DNA from: an uncultured delta proteobacterium
GTDB lineage: Bacteria; Myxococcota_A; Polyangia; Palsa-1104
Assembly (NCBI GenBank): GCA_963785725.1
Contig: CAWAWS010000020.1
Coordinates: 160,001-224,000 of the forward strand
DNA: 64,000 bases
Direction: 5' to 3'
This document shows positions 41,391-53,467 of the stretch, piece by piece (within the stretch, counting starts at the first letter, position 1; each line of letters begins with the position of its first letter). The position numbers and the translations under genes are program-made. Below the pieces are notes generated by a model. The model ran no database searches. It saw only the letters and a list, made by a program, of their open reading frames with translations, and was not told the DNA's origin.

Positions 41391-42725
41391 ATGCCGAAGC
41401 CGACGCCACCGCCGATGCTGTCGGGCTGGGGCCGCGTGCCGGCGCCGGGTCGCGAGCTGTTGTCGGAGCAGCTCGAGTCGGCGACGCGCGGCGCGCAGCT
41501 CAGCCGCGGCCTCGGCCGCTCGTACGGCGACTCGTCGCTGCCGGCGACCGCGGACGATAAAGTCGTCGGCACGCGCCTCGCCAATCGCATCCTCGCCTTC
41601 GACCCCGCCACCGGCCGCATTCGGGTCGAAGCCGGCATCAGCTTGGCCGAGCTGAACCGGCTGTTCATGCCGCGCGGCTGGTTCACGCCGGTGTCGCCGG
41701 GCACGAAGTTCGTCACCGTCGGCGGCATGGTCTCGAGCGACATCCACGGCGGCAACCATCACGTCGCCGGCTGCTTCGGCCAGCACGTGCGCGCGCTCAA
41801 AGTTCGCCTCGCCTCGGACGACATCGTCGAGTGCAGCCCGAGCGTCGACGACGACCTGTTTTACGGCGTCATCGGCGGCATGGGCCTGCTCGGTCACGTC
41901 TTGGAGGTCGAATTCAACCTCGAGGCGATTCCGAGCTCGTGGCTCTTGGTCGACACCGAGCCGGTGCCCGACATCGAAGCGTTCCTGAGCGGCCTCGATC
42001 GCGTGGCGCTGCAATATCCGCAGACCAAAGGCTGGATCGACTGCCTGAACCAAGGGCGCTCGATGGGTCGCGGCGCCATCATCGCCGGTCGCTGGGCGAC
42101 GAAAGAGGAAGCCGGCGAGGCGCTGCCGACCGAGCCGCGCGGCCAAGCGCTGCCGTTCGACCTGCCCAATTGGGCCGTCAACAACTTCACCGGCCGCATC
42201 TTCAACAGCTTCATCTACTGGAACTTCCCGCGTGGCCGCACGCGCGCCATTCAGCCGCCGGCGAGCTTCTTCTATCCGCTCGATGCGGTGCTGGAGTGGA
42301 ATCGCGTCTTCGGCAGCCGCGGCTTCACGCAGCATCAGTGCGTGCTGCCGCGTCGCGCCGGTGCGGCCGCCGTGCGCGAGTTCATGAAGCTCGTGACCGC
42401 CATCGGCACCGCGTCACCCGTGTGCGTCATCAAAGACTGCGGGCCCGAAGGGCGCGGCGTTCTCTCGTTTCCGCTCGCCGGCACGTCCATCGCCATCGAC
42501 ATGCCGCTCTCGTCGCACATCCAGCGCGACGTCGACCGGCTGAACGAGCTCGTCATCGCCGCCGGCGGCCGCATCTATCTCGCCAAAGATCGCTTCACCC
42601 GCGCCGACCACTTCCGAGCCATGGAGCCGCGCCTGCCGAAGTTCCTGGCGCTGCGTGAAAAGTGGGATCCCAAGCGACGGCTACGCAGCGCGCAATCGGT
42701 ACGCATTTTCGGAGATCGAGCATGA
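41391..42725 (+). CDS. FAD-linked oxidase, DprE1-like (decaprenylphosphoryl-ribose 2'-oxidase family)
   Basis: SGWG, RGLGRSYGDS, PGTKFVTVGG..DIHG, GGRIYLAKD. Confidence 0.85.
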   Translation: MPKPTPPPMLSGWGRVPAPGRELLSEQLESATRGAQLSRGLGRSYGDSSLPATADDKVVGTRLANRILAFDPATGRIRVEAGISLAELNRLFMPRGWFTPVSPGTKFVTVGGMVSSDIHGGNHHVAGCFGQHVRALKVRLASDDIVECSPSVDDDLFYGVIGGMGLLGHVLEVEFNLEAIPSSWLLVDTEPVPDIEAFLSGLDRVALQYPQTKGWIDCLNQGRSMGRGAIIAGRWATKEEAGEALPTEPRGQALPFDLPNWAVNNFTGRIFNSFIYWNFPRGRTRAIQPPASFFYPLDAVLEWNRVFGSRGFTQHQCVLPRRAGAAAVREFMKLVTAIGTASPVCVIKDCGPEGRGVLSFPLAGTSIAIDMPLSSHIQRDVDRLNELVIAAGGRIYLAKDRFTRADHFRAMEPRLPKFLALREKWDPKRRLRSAQSVRIFGDRA

Positions 42726-43462
42726 AAGTCGTCCTCCTCGGCGGCACCGGCGGCATCGGCCGCGCCGTCGCGCAACAGCTGGCGCTGCGTGGCGATCGGC
42801 TGTTCCTGCTCGGCCGCGACGAGGCCGAGCTCGCCAAGAGCGCCGCCGATCTGCAGGCGCGCCATCCGCAAAAGCAGGCCGTCGGCTTCGCGCGCTGCGA
42901 CCTCGAAGATCCGTCGGGCTTCGCCGCCGCGCTCGACGCGGCCGACGCGGCGCTCGGCCACTTCGAGACCGTCGTCGTCACCGCGGCGCTGTTCGCGTCG
43001 CAAGAGGCGCTCGAGGCCGATATCGAGCTGACGCGGCGCCTCGTGACGGTGAACTACGCCAACACCGTCGTCTTCTGCGAGCATGCGCGCAAACGGCTGT
43101 TGGCGCGCGGCGGCGGTCGGCTCGTCGTGTTCTCGTCGGTGGCCGGCGACCGCGGACGCAAGCCGGTCATCATCTACGGCTCGAGCAAAGCGGGAATCGC
43201 CGCCTACTTGGAAGGGCTCGACCACAAGTTCGCGGCGCAAGGCTTGGCCGTCACCTGCGTCAAGCCCGGCTTCGTGAAGACGGCGATGACGGCGGGGTTG
43301 AAGCCGCCGCCGTTCGCCGGCGAGCCCGACGGCGTCGCGCGTGACGTCGTGCGCGCGCTCGACAAGCGCCGTCCGGTCGTCTACACGCCGAAGATGTGGG
43401 CGCTCGTGATGCTCGTCATCCGCTGGCTGCCCCGCTTCGTCATGCGCAAGATCAACTTCTGA
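42722..43462 (+). CDS. SDR, DprE2-like 2'-reductase
   Basis: LGGTGGIG, SSVAGDRGR, YGSSKAG, KPGFVKTAMT; ATGA overlap with the DprE1-like gene. Confidence 0.85.
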   Translation: MKVVLLGGTGGIGRAVAQQLALRGDRLFLLGRDEAELAKSAADLQARHPQKQAVGFARCDLEDPSGFAAALDAADAALGHFETVVVTAALFASQEALEADIELTRRLVTVNYANTVVFCEHARKRLLARGGGRLVVFSSVAGDRGRKPVIIYGSSKAGIAAYLEGLDHKFAAQGLAVTCVKPGFVKTAMTAGLKPPPFAGEPDGVARDVVRALDKRRPVVYTPKMWALVMLVIRWLPRFVMRKINF

Positions 43463-44379
43463 TGGGCGTCGCCATTGCTCAGCAGCACTTCTTGGTCACG
43501 GGCGGCGCCGGCTTCATCGGCACGCACCTGTGTCGCGCCTTGTTGGCGCGCGGCGCGCGCGTCACCGCCATCGACAGCATGAAATACGCGCGCGAGCGCG
43601 ACTTCCCGGTGCGCCGCTTCACGCTCGGCACCGACCCGATCGACACGCTGCCGCTCGACGACGTGGCCGGCATCTTTCACCTCGCGGCCGAGAAGCACAA
43701 TCAGTCGCTGGCGACGCCCGAGGCGCTTTTTAGCGCGAATATAAACGGCACCCATCAGCTGCTGACGGCCGCGGCGTGCGCGGGCGTGCGCAAAGTCGTG
43801 TTCTCGTCGTCGCTGTACGCCTACGGCCGCATGCACGGACCGCCGATGCGCGAGGACGACCTGCCGATGCCGGCGACGCTCTACGGCATCACCAAATTGA
43901 CCGGCGAGCGGCTCGTCGCCCACGCGCGCACGCTCGGCTTGCCCGGCACGGTCTTGCGCTACTTCTTCGTCTACGGCCCCGAGCAGTTTCCCGGCATGGG
44001 CTACAAGTCCGTCATCGTCGCCAACTTCGAGCGCCTCTTGGCCGGCCAGCCCGCGCTCGTGCACGGCGACGGCGCGCAGGCGCTCGACTACGTGTATGTC
44101 GACGATGTCGTGGACGCGACGCTGCGCGCGATGGAGGCCGACGTCGACGGGCCGCTCAACGTCGGCTCCGGCGTCGCCACGACCATCGGCGACTTGACGG
44201 CCCGCATGGTCGGCCTGACGCATGGCGCCATCGCGCACGACGCCGCCGACTGGACGGCCGGCTCATCGCGCGTCGGCGACACGAGCCGCATTCGCGCCGC
44301 GCTCGACTGGCAGCCGCGCGTCGGGCTCGACGAGGGGCTGGCCCGTACGCTGGCTTGGCTGCGGGCGAATCCGCACTGA
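43462..44379 (+). CDS. NAD-dependent nucleotide-sugar epimerase/dehydratase
   Basis: VTGGAGFIG, YGITK, LRYFFVYGP, DYVYVDD. Confidence 0.9.
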   Translation: MGVAIAQQHFLVTGGAGFIGTHLCRALLARGARVTAIDSMKYARERDFPVRRFTLGTDPIDTLPLDDVAGIFHLAAEKHNQSLATPEALFSANINGTHQLLTAAACAGVRKVVFSSSLYAYGRMHGPPMREDDLPMPATLYGITKLTGERLVAHARTLGLPGTVLRYFFVYGPEQFPGMGYKSVIVANFERLLAGQPALVHGDGAQALDYVYVDDVVDATLRAMEADVDGPLNVGSGVATTIGDLTARMVGLTHGAIAHDAADWTAGSSRVGDTSRIRAALDWQPRVGLDEGLARTLAWLRANPH

Positions 44380-44406
44380 TCAGCGGCTACACGGCGGTCG
44401 ACGCGA

Positions 44407-44523
44407 TCAGCCGCCGCGATCATGGAACACGAGCACGAGCGCGACCCACCAGCCGACCACGACCGCCGCGATCAGCGCGATCCCAATCGACTCCTGCAGC
44501 GTCCGCTTCGTCATGATTCGCAT
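44407..44523 (-). CDS. Small single-TM protein (38 aa)
   Basis: GGGGGAG RBS; MRIMTKRTLQESIGIALIAAVVVGWWVALVLVFHDRGG. Confidence 0.45.
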   Translation of the reverse strand: MRIMTKRTLQESIGIALIAAVVVGWWVALVLVFHDRGG

Positions 44524-44665
44524 GTCTCTCCCCCCTACGATGCCGCCGCCGCCGCCAACGTTTCGTACGACCCGAGTCATGTAAGGCGCCACGGACCGTG
44601 ATGCAACCCGCGATGGAATATCGCCCCTGTCGTCGCGTTGACCAAGCGGACCAACGGAGGTGCTC

Positions 44666-44923
44666 ATGCTGCGTGTGTTTGCCTTGCTGCTGGCGCTCGG
44701 CGGAGTCGCCGCGGCGCAGTCACCGACGACGACGCGCTCGCTCCTGCTCAAGCGCTCGGTGTTCGATCTCGTCGGCGCCGCGACCGACGTGCACGCCATC
44801 TGCGACGGCCAACCGCCCGTCGCCGTAAGATTTCAACGCACCGCGGCCGACGTCGCCGCCGCCGTCTTCAGCGGCATGTGGTACACGCCCGCGCACCTGC
44901 GCGTGACCTGCGCCGCGCGCTGA
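44666..44923 (+). CDS. Small exported protein, Bor/Iss-like
   Basis: GGAGG RBS; signal peptide; AIC...GMWYTP..RVTCA pattern. Confidence 0.55.
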   Translation: MLRVFALLLALGGVAAAQSPTTTRSLLLKRSVFDLVGAATDVHAICDGQPPVAVRFQRTAADVAAAVFSGMWYTPAHLRVTCAAR

Positions 44924-44969
44924 TCCAATTCGCGGGCGAGCGCCGGCCGAATCGTTTACGCTCGCGCCC

Positions 44970-46924
<1,955 letters not shown>

Positions 46925-47159
46925 CGCGCTTCGCGATCGCGGCCGCTGTCGCCGCGAGACCCACGTTTACGGCAAAAACCGCGCACAAAACCGCATTAAA
47001 CACGCAGCGTCATCGTCCGATGTTGGAGGTATTGGCGATGCTGCGACTCACGACGATGTCGGCGCTTTCCCACCTTTCCGCGGCGAAAAAGCGGCGCCGC
47101 CATGCGCGAGTCGTCGGGCGCAAAACCAATAATCGTTGTACAATGACCAAAGCATCATT

Positions 47160-48830
47160 ATGAGCGCGACCTCACTCCGCGGTGGTGGCGAAGGCGAAAT
47201 GTTCGGCCGTTATCGGCTGGTCCGCGAGCTCGGCCGTGGTGGCATGGGCGTCGCGTACCGCGCCGTGAGCGAAGGGCCGCAAGGTTTCGCCCGCACCTGC
47301 GTCATCAAACGAATCGTCCCGCACTTGTCGAGCGACGCCGGCTTCATCTCGTCGCTCGTCGCCGAAGCCAAGCTCTCGGGCATGCTCGTCCATCCCGGCA
47401 TCGTCCAGGTCTACGAGCTCGGGCAGGTCGAGGGCGAATATTACGTCGCCATGGAGTACGTCGACGGCCTATCGCTGTGGCAAGCGATGAAGCGCTGTCT
47501 GCAGATGGGCCGCACGATGCCGCCCGGTGTCGTCTGTTACCTCATTTCCGAGATGGCCGTGGCGCTCGGCTACGCGCACACGCTCGACGACGACTCGGGC
47601 CGTCCGCTCGGCATCGTGCACCGCGACGTCAGCCCGTCGAACGTCATGCTCGGCCGCACCGGCACCGTCAAGCTGCTCGATTTCGGCATCGCGCGCGCCG
47701 CCGGTCAGCTCAGCGATCACGCGACGCGCACCGGCACGCTCAAGGGCAAGTTCGCCTATATGTCGCCGGAGCAGGCCGAAGGTCACGACATCGATCGCCG
47801 CTCCGATCTGTTCGCGCTCGGCGTGCTCTTCTGGGAAGCGCTGACGCTGCGTCGCCTGTTCGCCGGTCCCGACGACATGCAGACGCTCAGGCTGGTGCGC
47901 GAAGCGAAAGTGACGCCGACCGGCCTCGATCCCAAGATCGACGAGGTGCTGCTCAAGCTGTTGGCGCGCGATCCCGAAGCGCGCTGGTCGAGCGGCGACG
48001 AAGTAGCGGCGGCGCTGCATCCGCTGGCGCACCGTCTCGAAGGCAACACGTTCTCGACGCGCCGCTTCGTCAGCGAGCTGATGGCCGTCGATCCGAAAGA
48101 GCCGCTCTTGGCCGCGGTGCCGCCGCCGCCCGCCGAAGCGACGCAGCTGAGCGGCAAGAAGATGCCGCGCCCGACGACGACGAGCCGCCGCATCGTCGAA
48201 GGCACGACGCCGCCGAGCCGCCGCAACGCCAACGCCGACAGCACCACGCCGTCGCTGGTGCCGGCGACGGGCGGCTCGGGCTACGAGATCAAGGGCTCGA
48301 TCGTGCGCGCCTATACGATGCACATCGAGCAAATGGGCATCTTGCCGACGGTGCTGAGCCAGGTGACGCCCGAGACGCGCAAGCTGATGACCACCGAGAT
48401 GCCGCTCTCGAACGTCTGGGTCGACGCCGGCGTCATCGAGGACATGATCGGCAAAGTCGAGGCGCTCAAGGGGCTCGACGGCGTGCGAACCATTACGCGC
48501 GCCGGTATTTACACGGGCGCGCTGCCGATCTTGAAGCCCGTCGTCGTGCCGATGCTGCGGCTGTTCGGCATGTCGCCGCATACGCTGTTGCAGCGGTTCG
48601 GGCAGTTCACGAAGAACAACCTGCGCGGCATGGAGCTCGTGTGGACGCCCGAAGGCGACCGCGCCGGCAACCTCAAGGTCACGTTCCCGCGTCGCACGCC
48701 GCGCAGCGCGTACATCGGCTTCGAGAGCGGCATGTGGGTCATCTGCGAGCTGTGCTCGGTCAAGGGCGAGATCGCCGACACCGAGATTCGGCCCGATGGG
48801 CAGGTCGGCATCATCCGCCTGAAGTGGTAG
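47160..48830 (+). CDS. Cytoplasmic Ser/Thr kinase with a C-terminal DUF2378-like domain
   Basis: [22 protein letters not shown]; no TM helix; tail begins [10 protein letters not shown]. Confidence 0.9.
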   Translation: MSATSLRGGGEGEMFGRYRLVRELGRGGMGVAYRAVSEGPQGFARTCVIKRIVPHLSSDAGFISSLVAEAKLSGMLVHPGIVQVYELGQVEGEYYVAMEYVDGLSLWQAMKRCLQMGRTMPPGVVCYLISEMAVALGYAHTLDDDSGRPLGIVHRDVSPSNVMLGRTGTVKLLDFGIARAAGQLSDHATRTGTLKGKFAYMSPEQAEGHDIDRRSDLFALGVLFWEALTLRRLFAGPDDMQTLRLVREAKVTPTGLDPKIDEVLLKLLARDPEARWSSGDEVAAALHPLAHRLEGNTFSTRRFVSELMAVDPKEPLLAAVPPPPAEATQLSGKKMPRPTTTSRRIVEGTTPPSRRNANADSTTPSLVPATGGSGYEIKGSIVRAYTMHIEQMGILPTVLSQVTPETRKLMTTEMPLSNVWVDAGVIEDMIGKVEALKGLDGVRTITRAGIYTGALPILKPVVVPMLRLFGMSPHTLLQRFGQFTKNNLRGMELVWTPEGDRAGNLKVTFPRRTPRSAYIGFESGMWVICELCSVKGEIADTEIRPDGQVGIIRLKW

Positions 48831-48941
48831 TGAACCTGCGGCGCGGCGCAATCGCGTCGTTGTCGCTCCGGTCCGGGCTCACAGACCGCTCCGCTGCGGT
48901 CCTCGCTCCGCCTAGCGCTTGAGCCGCTCGCGACGGTTTAC
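48828..48941 (+). repeat. Long palindromic intergenic element (REP/MITE-like), copy 3
   Basis: Arms GTGAACC..GCGGC..CAA versus TTG..GCCGC..GGTTTAC; core GCGTCGT...CTCGCTCCGCCTAGC. Confidence 0.6.
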
Positions 48942-48979
48942 CGGCGAGCGCGATAGTTTACCGGCGCGGCGAACGTCGG

Positions 48980-49960
48980 CTAAATCAGACCGCGAGCGCG
49001 GAAGGACTTGATCGCGTCCGAGATCGACTCGCGCACCGAGCGCGGATGGAAGTCGAGCTCGCGTTCGGCCTTCTCGTGGCTGACGTCGTGATGGTTGCGA
49101 ATGGCGTGCAGCGACGCGCTGTTGAACAGCGGCCGCCGGCCGACGATCCGCGCCCACGCGACCGCGAACGGCGCCGCGCCGCGCGCCAGCCACATCGGCG
49201 ACACCATCTTCGGCGTCTTGGCGCCGCCTTGCGACTCCAAGATCGCGCACACCTCGGCGATGGTCGCGCGAAATCCCGACAATAAATAGCGCTCGCCGCG
49301 TCGCCCCTTTTCGCCGGCGGCGATGGCCGCCTCGGCCACGTCACGCACGTCGACCCAGTTGAAGCCGCCGTCGACGATGCCCGGCAGCTTGCCGCGAAAC
49401 AGATCGAGCACGAGCTCGCCCATGTGCGACGGCCCGAAGTCGTTGGGCCCGGTGACGCCCGTCGGATTGACGGTCACGACGTCGAGGCCGCGCTCGAGCC
49501 CCTCCTTGATCTCGCGCTCGCCGTCCGCCTTCGAACGATCGTACGGCGGCACCGACTCGTTGGTCACGAGCGGCCGCGTCTCGTCCACGCGCTGCGCCTT
49601 CGGCAGCGTCGACAGCGCGTGAATGGAGCTGAAGTGCACGAGCCGCCGCACGCGCTGCTGCAGACACGCCGCGACGACGTTGCGCACGCCGCCGACGTTC
49701 GTGGCGCGCATGATCGCCTTTTCGCGGTCGTCGAGCGAGATCTTGGCGGCGAGGTGGTAGACGATGTCGGCGCCTTCGAACAGCCGCAACAGGGACTGCG
49801 GATCGGCGACGTCGCCGGCAAATTCGTCGACGGCGATGCCTTCGAGCGCGGCGCGGCTGCGTTGATGGACGAGCACGCGCGGGCGAAGGCCACGCGCGGC
49901 GAGGCTGCGCACGAGATTGGCCCCGATGTGGCCAGTGGCGCCGGTGACAGCGACGAGCAT
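48980..49960 (-). CDS. NAD-dependent epimerase/reductase (HpnA/dihydroflavonol reductase-like)
   Basis: VTGATGHIG, YHLAA, YDRSK, VDVRDVA, GERYLL. Confidence 0.88.
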   Translation of the reverse strand: MLVAVTGATGHIGANLVRSLAARGLRPRVLVHQRSRAALEGIAVDEFAGDVADPQSLLRLFEGADIVYHLAAKISLDDREKAIMRATNVGGVRNVVAACLQQRVRRLVHFSSIHALSTLPKAQRVDETRPLVTNESVPPYDRSKADGEREIKEGLERGLDVVTVNPTGVTGPNDFGPSHMGELVLDLFRGKLPGIVDGGFNWVDVRDVAEAAIAAGEKGRRGERYLLSGFRATIAEVCAILESQGGAKTPKMVSPMWLARGAAPFAVAWARIVGRRPLFNSASLHAIRNHHDVSHEKAERELDFHPRSVRESISDAIKSFRARGLI

Positions 49961-50023
49961 CGTCCCAGCGTAAAGGTTCTGCCGGCGCGTCGCCAGTCCT
50001 ATGATGCGTAAGACGCGACCGCG

Positions 50024-50542
50024 TTACAGCTTGAGGGTCGTGCCGCCGTTGACGGTCAAGGTGAGCGAGATGCCGAGGCTCCAGTCGTTGGCCGGCGCCA
50101 CCATGTCGATGGTCGCGTCGACGTTGACCGACTTCGTCAGGTAGAGCGCCGGGTCGAAGTCGACGTTGACGGGCAGCGTCAACGTGCCGTCGGCCGCCGG
50201 CACGAGCTGGTCGGCGCTGGCCGAGATCAGCGTCAAGTCGGGCGCGCCGTCGACCTTGATGGCGATGTCGAGCTGGCGGAAGAAGTCGAGCGTCGTCACG
50301 CCCGACGCCGGCGTCAGCTTGACGCTCTGCACCGAGGCCGACTTCAAGTCGTTCTCGAGCGAGCTGACGTTGCTGTTGTCGAGCACGAAGCTGTTCGAGA
50401 CCGACATCTCCGAGCCGCCGGCCGCACCGGCGCCGGGGAACATCGACGTGCCGGCGTTGGCGGTGATGCCGGTGACCTTGGCGTCGACCCGAACGCAGCC
50501 ACCCGCGACGGCGGCGAGAAACGCGAGCGCGAGGATCCGCAT
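50024..50542 (-). CDS. Hypothetical lipoprotein
   Basis: MRILALAFLAAVAGGC lipobox; start overlaps the upstream stop. Confidence 0.75.
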   Translation of the reverse strand: MRILALAFLAAVAGGCVRVDAKVTGITANAGTSMFPGAGAAGGSEMSVSNSFVLDNSNVSSLENDLKSASVQSVKLTPASGVTTLDFFRQLDIAIKVDGAPDLTLISASADQLVPAADGTLTLPVNVDFDPALYLTKSVNVDATIDMVAPANDWSLGISLTLTVNGGTTLKL

Positions 50543-51108
50543 TACAGGTACACCACGAGGCCGAGCTTGGCCGACGGTCCCCACACCTTCAACGCCGCGT
50601 TCGAGAACTGCATGTTTGTCCCTTTGTCCTGCGTGACCGAGATGTCCATGTAACTGACGCCGGCATGGATGAAGAAGCAGACGCGCTTTTGCGCACCCAC
50701 CTCCATGCCGAGATGCGCATCGAAGTAGTCGTAGCCAATCTTGTAGCCGTCGAGCGGAATGCCGATCGAGCGCGGGATGCCGTGCGTCTCGGCGTTGAAG
50801 ACGTGGCCGCCTTCCGCCGTCAGCGACGGGCTGACGATGGTCTTGAGCGGCACGAGCGTGAGCCCCGCGCCGATGCCGCCCGAGAAGAGGTCGGTCGTGC
50901 CCGTGGCCTGCACGCGCATCCACCACATCGGCCGCGCCGTCAGCGACAGGCCGACGAGATCGGGCGCGCCCAAGTCGAGCCCGATGCCGAACCAGCTCGG
51001 CTTCGACGGCAGCTGCAGCGCGCTCGCGTTGAGCATGATGTCATCGGCCGACGCGCGGCCGGCAAACGCGGCGACCAGCGCCAGGGTAAAGAGGACCTTC
51101 TTACGCAC
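50542..51108 (-). CDS. Small outer-membrane beta-barrel protein
   Basis: Signal peptide ..RASA|D; amphipathic strands; ends PSAKLGLVVYL. Confidence 0.7.
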   Translation of the reverse strand: MRKKVLFTLALVAAFAGRASADDIMLNASALQLPSKPSWFGIGLDLGAPDLVGLSLTARPMWWMRVQATGTTDLFSGGIGAGLTLVPLKTIVSPSLTAEGGHVFNAETHGIPRSIGIPLDGYKIGYDYFDAHLGMEVGAQKRVCFFIHAGVSYMDISVTQDKGTNMQFSNAALKVWGPSAKLGLVVYL

Positions 51109-51284
51109 GAAGAGACCATCGGTCGATGTGCGATCGGCTTGAGCGATCACGTTAGGGCATTTGCTGCGCGAAAAACGTGCGTAAACCGCTGTCGTGCGCG
51201 CACTTCGGAGATGCGCGCGCACAGCGGATCACGACGCGAAGCGAGCGAACAGGACGGGCGTGAAAGTGGGAGCGCGGCGCTGTT

Positions 51285-52745
51285 TCAGCCGGCGCGCGAG
51301 CGCACGGGCGGCAGCTGGACCTGGAGCTTCTTCCTGCGCGCGATCTTCTGGTCGTACATGGCGGCGTCGGCGCGCTCGATGAGCTGCTCGAGCGAACGGC
51401 TCTCGTCGCCGGGCTCGTCTTTGGCGACGCCGATGCTCATGCGAATCTTTTTGTCGCTGAGCTTCTTCTCGATGCGTTCGAGCAGCACCGTCTCGTCCTC
51501 GATGCCGACGGCGAGCACGACGAACTCGTCGCCGCCCAGCCGTCCGACGAGGTCGGACTTGCGCACGCTCTCGGCCAGCGCCTCACCGCCGGCGCAGATG
51601 GCGGCGTCGCCGGCCGCGTGGCCGAGCTGATCGTTCAACGGCTTCAACCCATCGAGATCGGCGAACAGGATCGTCACCGGCTGGCTCGTCGCCCGCGCTT
51701 CGCGCAAGAGCGCGCCGCCGAGCTCGAGAAAGCCGCGCCGATTGTAGAGATGCGTCAGCTGATCGACGACCGCCAAGTAGTGCAACGTCTCGGCGCGCTG
51801 CTGCAGCTTGAGCTCCGCCCGTTTGCGCGTCGTAATGTCCTTGGCGAACGCCGCCACGCCCGTGACTTTGCCTTCGACGACGATGGGACCGAACGACACC
51901 ATGAAGTGGCGCAGATGGCCGCGCAGCTCGTACGCGACGTCGATGGTCACGCGCTCACCGGCGAGCGCGCGATCGTACGGCTCGCGCCACGCCGCGTACT
52001 CGGCCAGCGCCAGCCCTTCGGTCTCGCGCTTGGCCTCCGCCGGAAACACGCCGGCCGCCTGCGCCAGCACGAAGAAGCGTTGATTGTGCGCCGTCACGTG
52101 CAGCTCGCGATCGACGGCCCACACCGCGTCGACGCCGTTCTCGAGCAGCGCCGTCGTCTGCGCTTCGGTCTCCTTGAGCTGCTGCAGCGCCAGCCGTTGC
52201 GTCTCCAGCTGCTTCGACAGCCGCCACCACGCATAGGCGAACAGCGACAGCGACAAGAGGAGACTGCCAGCCGTAGTGACGTAGATGTGATCGAGGCTGG
52301 AGCGCGCGCGCCGCTTGCGCTCGAGCTGCAGCGAGATCTCCTCGGCGCGCATCTCTTCGGCCAGGCGACGCAGCGCGTGGAACTCCTGCAGCGGCCGCGC
52401 CAAGAGCGGCGCCATCGCCGCGATCCGCGCCTGCTGCTGCGGATTGTCCGTCGTGAACATGCGCAGCCGCGAGAACTCCTCGATGAGCAGCGCCGGCGCT
52501 TTCGGTCCGCGCTGCGGGTCATCGAGATCCTGCAGATTCAGCACGAAGCGGCCGACCGACGCGCGCACCGAGTTGGTGTGCAGCACCCAGGCCGCGTCTT
52601 CTTCGTAGCGCATGGCGCCGAGCGCCGTCTCCACCATCGCCGCCGCGAGCAGCAGGAGGCCGCCCGCGAACAGATAATGAATGCGGCGCGACCGCTTGAT
52701 CAGCGCAGCATTGGAGGTGACGAGCCCGGCCATCACCGCTTTCAT
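51285..52745 (-). CDS. Membrane diguanylate cyclase (CHASE3-like + PAS + GGDEF)
   Basis: Two TM helices, WVLHT..TDNPQQQARI sensor, KDITTRK, intact GGDEF with RKSD I-site. Confidence 0.92.
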   Translation of the reverse strand: MKAVMAGLVTSNAALIKRSRRIHYLFAGGLLLLAAAMVETALGAMRYEEDAAWVLHTNSVRASVGRFVLNLQDLDDPQRGPKAPALLIEEFSRLRMFTTDNPQQQARIAAMAPLLARPLQEFHALRRLAEEMRAEEISLQLERKRRARSSLDHIYVTTAGSLLLSLSLFAYAWWRLSKQLETQRLALQQLKETEAQTTALLENGVDAVWAVDRELHVTAHNQRFFVLAQAAGVFPAEAKRETEGLALAEYAAWREPYDRALAGERVTIDVAYELRGHLRHFMVSFGPIVVEGKVTGVAAFAKDITTRKRAELKLQQRAETLHYLAVVDQLTHLYNRRGFLELGGALLREARATSQPVTILFADLDGLKPLNDQLGHAAGDAAICAGGEALAESVRKSDLVGRLGGDEFVVLAVGIEDETVLLERIEKKLSDKKIRMSIGVAKDEPGDESRSLEQLIERADAAMYDQKIARRKKLQVQLPPVRSRAG

Positions 52746-52790
52746 CGGCGGTTGGCGCCGGATCTTGAGAATGGGCGCGGATTACGAAGG

Positions 52791-53252
52791 TTAAGCGGCG
52801 CGAACGGTGGAATTGGGCGCGATCGGCGACAAGGTGCGCTCGCCGTCGCCGGCCCGACCGTCGTGACCACTGCGACCGGCGCGGCCAGCCCGCCAGCGCT
52901 CGTGGTCCTCCCGGCTGTGCGCGTCGCCGATGCGCTTGTCGTTGCGCGTGCCGCCGAGCCCGCACACACGGCAGCACTTGCTGCGACCGAGGCGCGTCCG
53001 CGGCGGCGCGGCCGGCACGACGAGCTTCTGCGCCAAGCCGGTGACCATCGTCGACAGCTGCGCCGTCAGCGTCTCCAGCACCGTCGCGACTACTTGATCG
53101 ACGGTCTCGACGAGCAGCGATTTCAGCGTCCGTCGCAGCTCGGCCTCGATACACTGGATGGTCTGCCGCTCGAGCCGCGCGAGCTGCGTCCGAGCGTCGG
53201 GCCGGCGCGTCTCGGCCGGCTCACGCCCGGCGCGTTTGTCGATGCGTGCCAT
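52791..53252 (-). CDS. Hypothetical protein with a coiled coil and a CxxC..H..H cluster
   Basis: Helical N-half; CCRVC..HSREDH. Confidence 0.5.
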   Translation of the reverse strand: MARIDKRAGREPAETRRPDARTQLARLERQTIQCIEAELRRTLKSLLVETVDQVVATVLETLTAQLSTMVTGLAQKLVVPAAPPRTRLGRSKCCRVCGLGGTRNDKRIGDAHSREDHERWRAGRAGRSGHDGRAGDGERTLSPIAPNSTVRAA

Positions 53253-53467
53253 GGCACCATCATGCGCTACCTTCGACATCGGGCAGATTGCCGGCAGGTA
53301 AGAAGCGGGTTTCTTCGCCGGCGCCCAGCCGCAAAACCGGGCTCACCTGGGCGATTTTGTCACAGCTCTCCTGTTTTCGGAGGGTCGCACCCCACCGCTA
53401 GCGCGCCAACTGCCTCGAAATACAGGCGCTGATGCTTGGCGCGGAACTTGGAGCCTATTGGCGCACC

